NCBI RefSeq assembly: GCF_001194135.2
Contig: NC_068982.1
Span: 167,335,984-167,399,983 of the forward strand
Source: Octopus bimaculoides
Taxonomy: Eukaryota
Reading direction: 5' to 3'
DNA: 64,000 nt
Shown here: positions 62,221-64,000 of the stretch, one piece after another
Numbering within the stretch: the first letter of the stretch is position 1
Layout: each line of letters starts with the position of its first letter
Position numbers and translations under genes: made by a program
Notes under the pieces: generated by a model
Databases searched by the model: none
What the model was told of the DNA's origin: nothing
The model's input: the letters and a program-made list of their open reading frames with translations, nothing else

Positions 62221-64000
62221 CTCCCATTGATGAAAGATTCAAAGTGATCAAACCAGACCCTGTTTAATTTGACATCCTTATTTAGTTGTGCTTAAGTTTA
62301 TTGATCCTCACCTCCGAAATCCAGTTAAAAGCTAAAACAACAAAGATACTTTTTTGTAGGGCAGGAGTCAGAGCATGACCAATATTTGTGAGTAGGGGAA
62401 GAGATAATATAAGGGTCAGTAGATCAAGTGTAAGCTGAAAAGATAGTGTATATATGAGTCAATTGGATCAGGTGAATCGTGAAGGGATATTGTTGGGGGT
62501 CAACCAGATTAGACGAAGAGTAATAATGTCAGGGTCACATAGATCAATGTTACTATTATTATTTTGTTGGTACAAGTTATAAAAAAAAGACCTAGCTGAT
62601 TCTTGTGGGAATTGAACTAACAGTAGTTAAGTAATAGTGGGTAAGGTTGTACCAACTTCACACCTAAGGAATTAATAGTCTATAACGCTCTCATGGATTA
62701 TAACCTGTTGCTACAGTGTTTAGTTTCAGAAATTGTTGCACACTTTGTACATGTGAGAGAGTGCAAGTGCATATTATTTGCATGTGTCTGTATGAACGTG
62801 TGATTATTGTAAATATGTAGACATGCATTTAAATAAACAGCTGCACATGCGCATCCATAGATGTGCACGTTAATAAAACTGCATTCAAATGTGAATACAT
62901 AAGTACACAAATATTCACTGTGCACACATGTGCATGCATGTGTGCATTGCATACACAATTAAATGCTCTTAACAATTCTCTGCATCACATAACCAAATGC
63001 TTGCATTTAGAAATGTAAACACGTGTAGATACACACCCGCTCTATTCTCTCACCTCTCTTCTACTTTCTTCTCTCTCTCACCTCGTGGTGAATGATCACA
63101 TTTTCATTATAATTAGTGTGTATTAGTAAGAGTGTTTAGAAAACATTAAGTGATGCGGTTTAAATTTCTCTTGTGAATGACTAATTAACATTTTTATTGG
63201 CTGTTTATTTAACATATTTATAATGATTTTATTGAACCTTACCTCCTCAAATGCACATAAGTCTGGTGTGAACAAACTCATAAACACATCACATGAGAAC
63301 ATACTGGATATAGTCAAACATATTTACTCTCGGTATAGCTGAAAGATATATATGCTTGTTTAGGTGTGTGGGAATGTATAAAATTAAGAGAAAATGTTCT
63401 CTCTCTCACCCTTATTTTTTTTTTATTAATAATCAACAGTAGTTATACTGTGATTCTAGGACTGAAAGTTTCGTGTGTTGGCACTTATTACCCCACCATC
63501 CTTATCTGTCTGTCTGTCTGCCTGCCTGCATATCTGCCTACCTGCCTGTTTATCTATCTATCTATCTATCTATCTGTCTATAGATAGATACATATTCACA
63601 TACACACACACACACATATATATATACATGCACATACATATATACACACACATATATNNNNNNNNNNNNNNNNNNNNNNNNNNNNNNNNNNNNNNNNNNN
63701 NNNNNNNNNNNNNNNNNNNNNNNNNNNNNNNNNNNNNNNNNNNNNNNNNNNNNNNNNNNNNNNNNNNNNNNNNNNNNNNNNNNNNNNNNNNNNNNNNNNN
63801 NNNNNNNNNNNNNNNNNNNNNNNNNNNNNNNNNNNNNNGAATTGTTGATACTGGTAAGTTCTCATGCTAGTCGAAGGAAAATGTGAGGTGAGGACATGAG
63901 GAGAAATCTGGGAATATTGGTTCCCAGATGATATGTTGTAGACTTGAGATATTGCCGACACATCTGACCCTGGCCATTATTGGAAAGCAAATATTAAGAT

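Overview
This is AT-rich, microsatellite-rich animal genomic DNA with eight N-gaps. The SINE and LINE-tail families are ones I recognise from octopus, so the source is most likely Octopus (inference, not a database match). The window lies inside one plus-strand gene, an SLK/STK10/Slik-type STE20 (GCK-V) kinase. I found eight in-phase coding exons by reading splice sites, most of them missed by the ORF track: 18638-18714, 21948-22065, 25145-25226, 26826-26948, 28846-28944, 31794-32213, 32998-33714 and 48562-48695. They encode the kinase C-lobe (W-MAPEV to HPF), a ~410-aa acidic linker and the start of the C-terminal KTRKF..DG..V..TTSK region. The N-lobe exons and the coiled-coil exons were not found. 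The introns hold two tRNA-type SINE families, many RTE-clade LINE fragments, a solo LTR with a target-site duplication (TSD) nested in a SINE, two pogo-family transposase relics, a Helitron Rep/helicase relic, a non-autonomous Helitron, a HINE-like element and two hAT MITEs with 8-bp TSDs. The best leads are: (1) candidate recursive-splicing ratchet points (3' splice site AG fused to GTAAGT) inside the long introns, at 53464/53465 and 40744/40745; (2) a C4HC3 PHD finger inserted inside the LINE reverse transcriptase; (3) several long intronic fold-back structures that could be ADAR substrates; (4) a solo LTR carrying two perfect NRF1-type palindromes. Nearly all other ORFs in the track are low-complexity or TE artefacts. 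Everything was read by eye: exon, MITE, LTR and Helitron ends are base-exact, while old TE relic boundaries are approximate.
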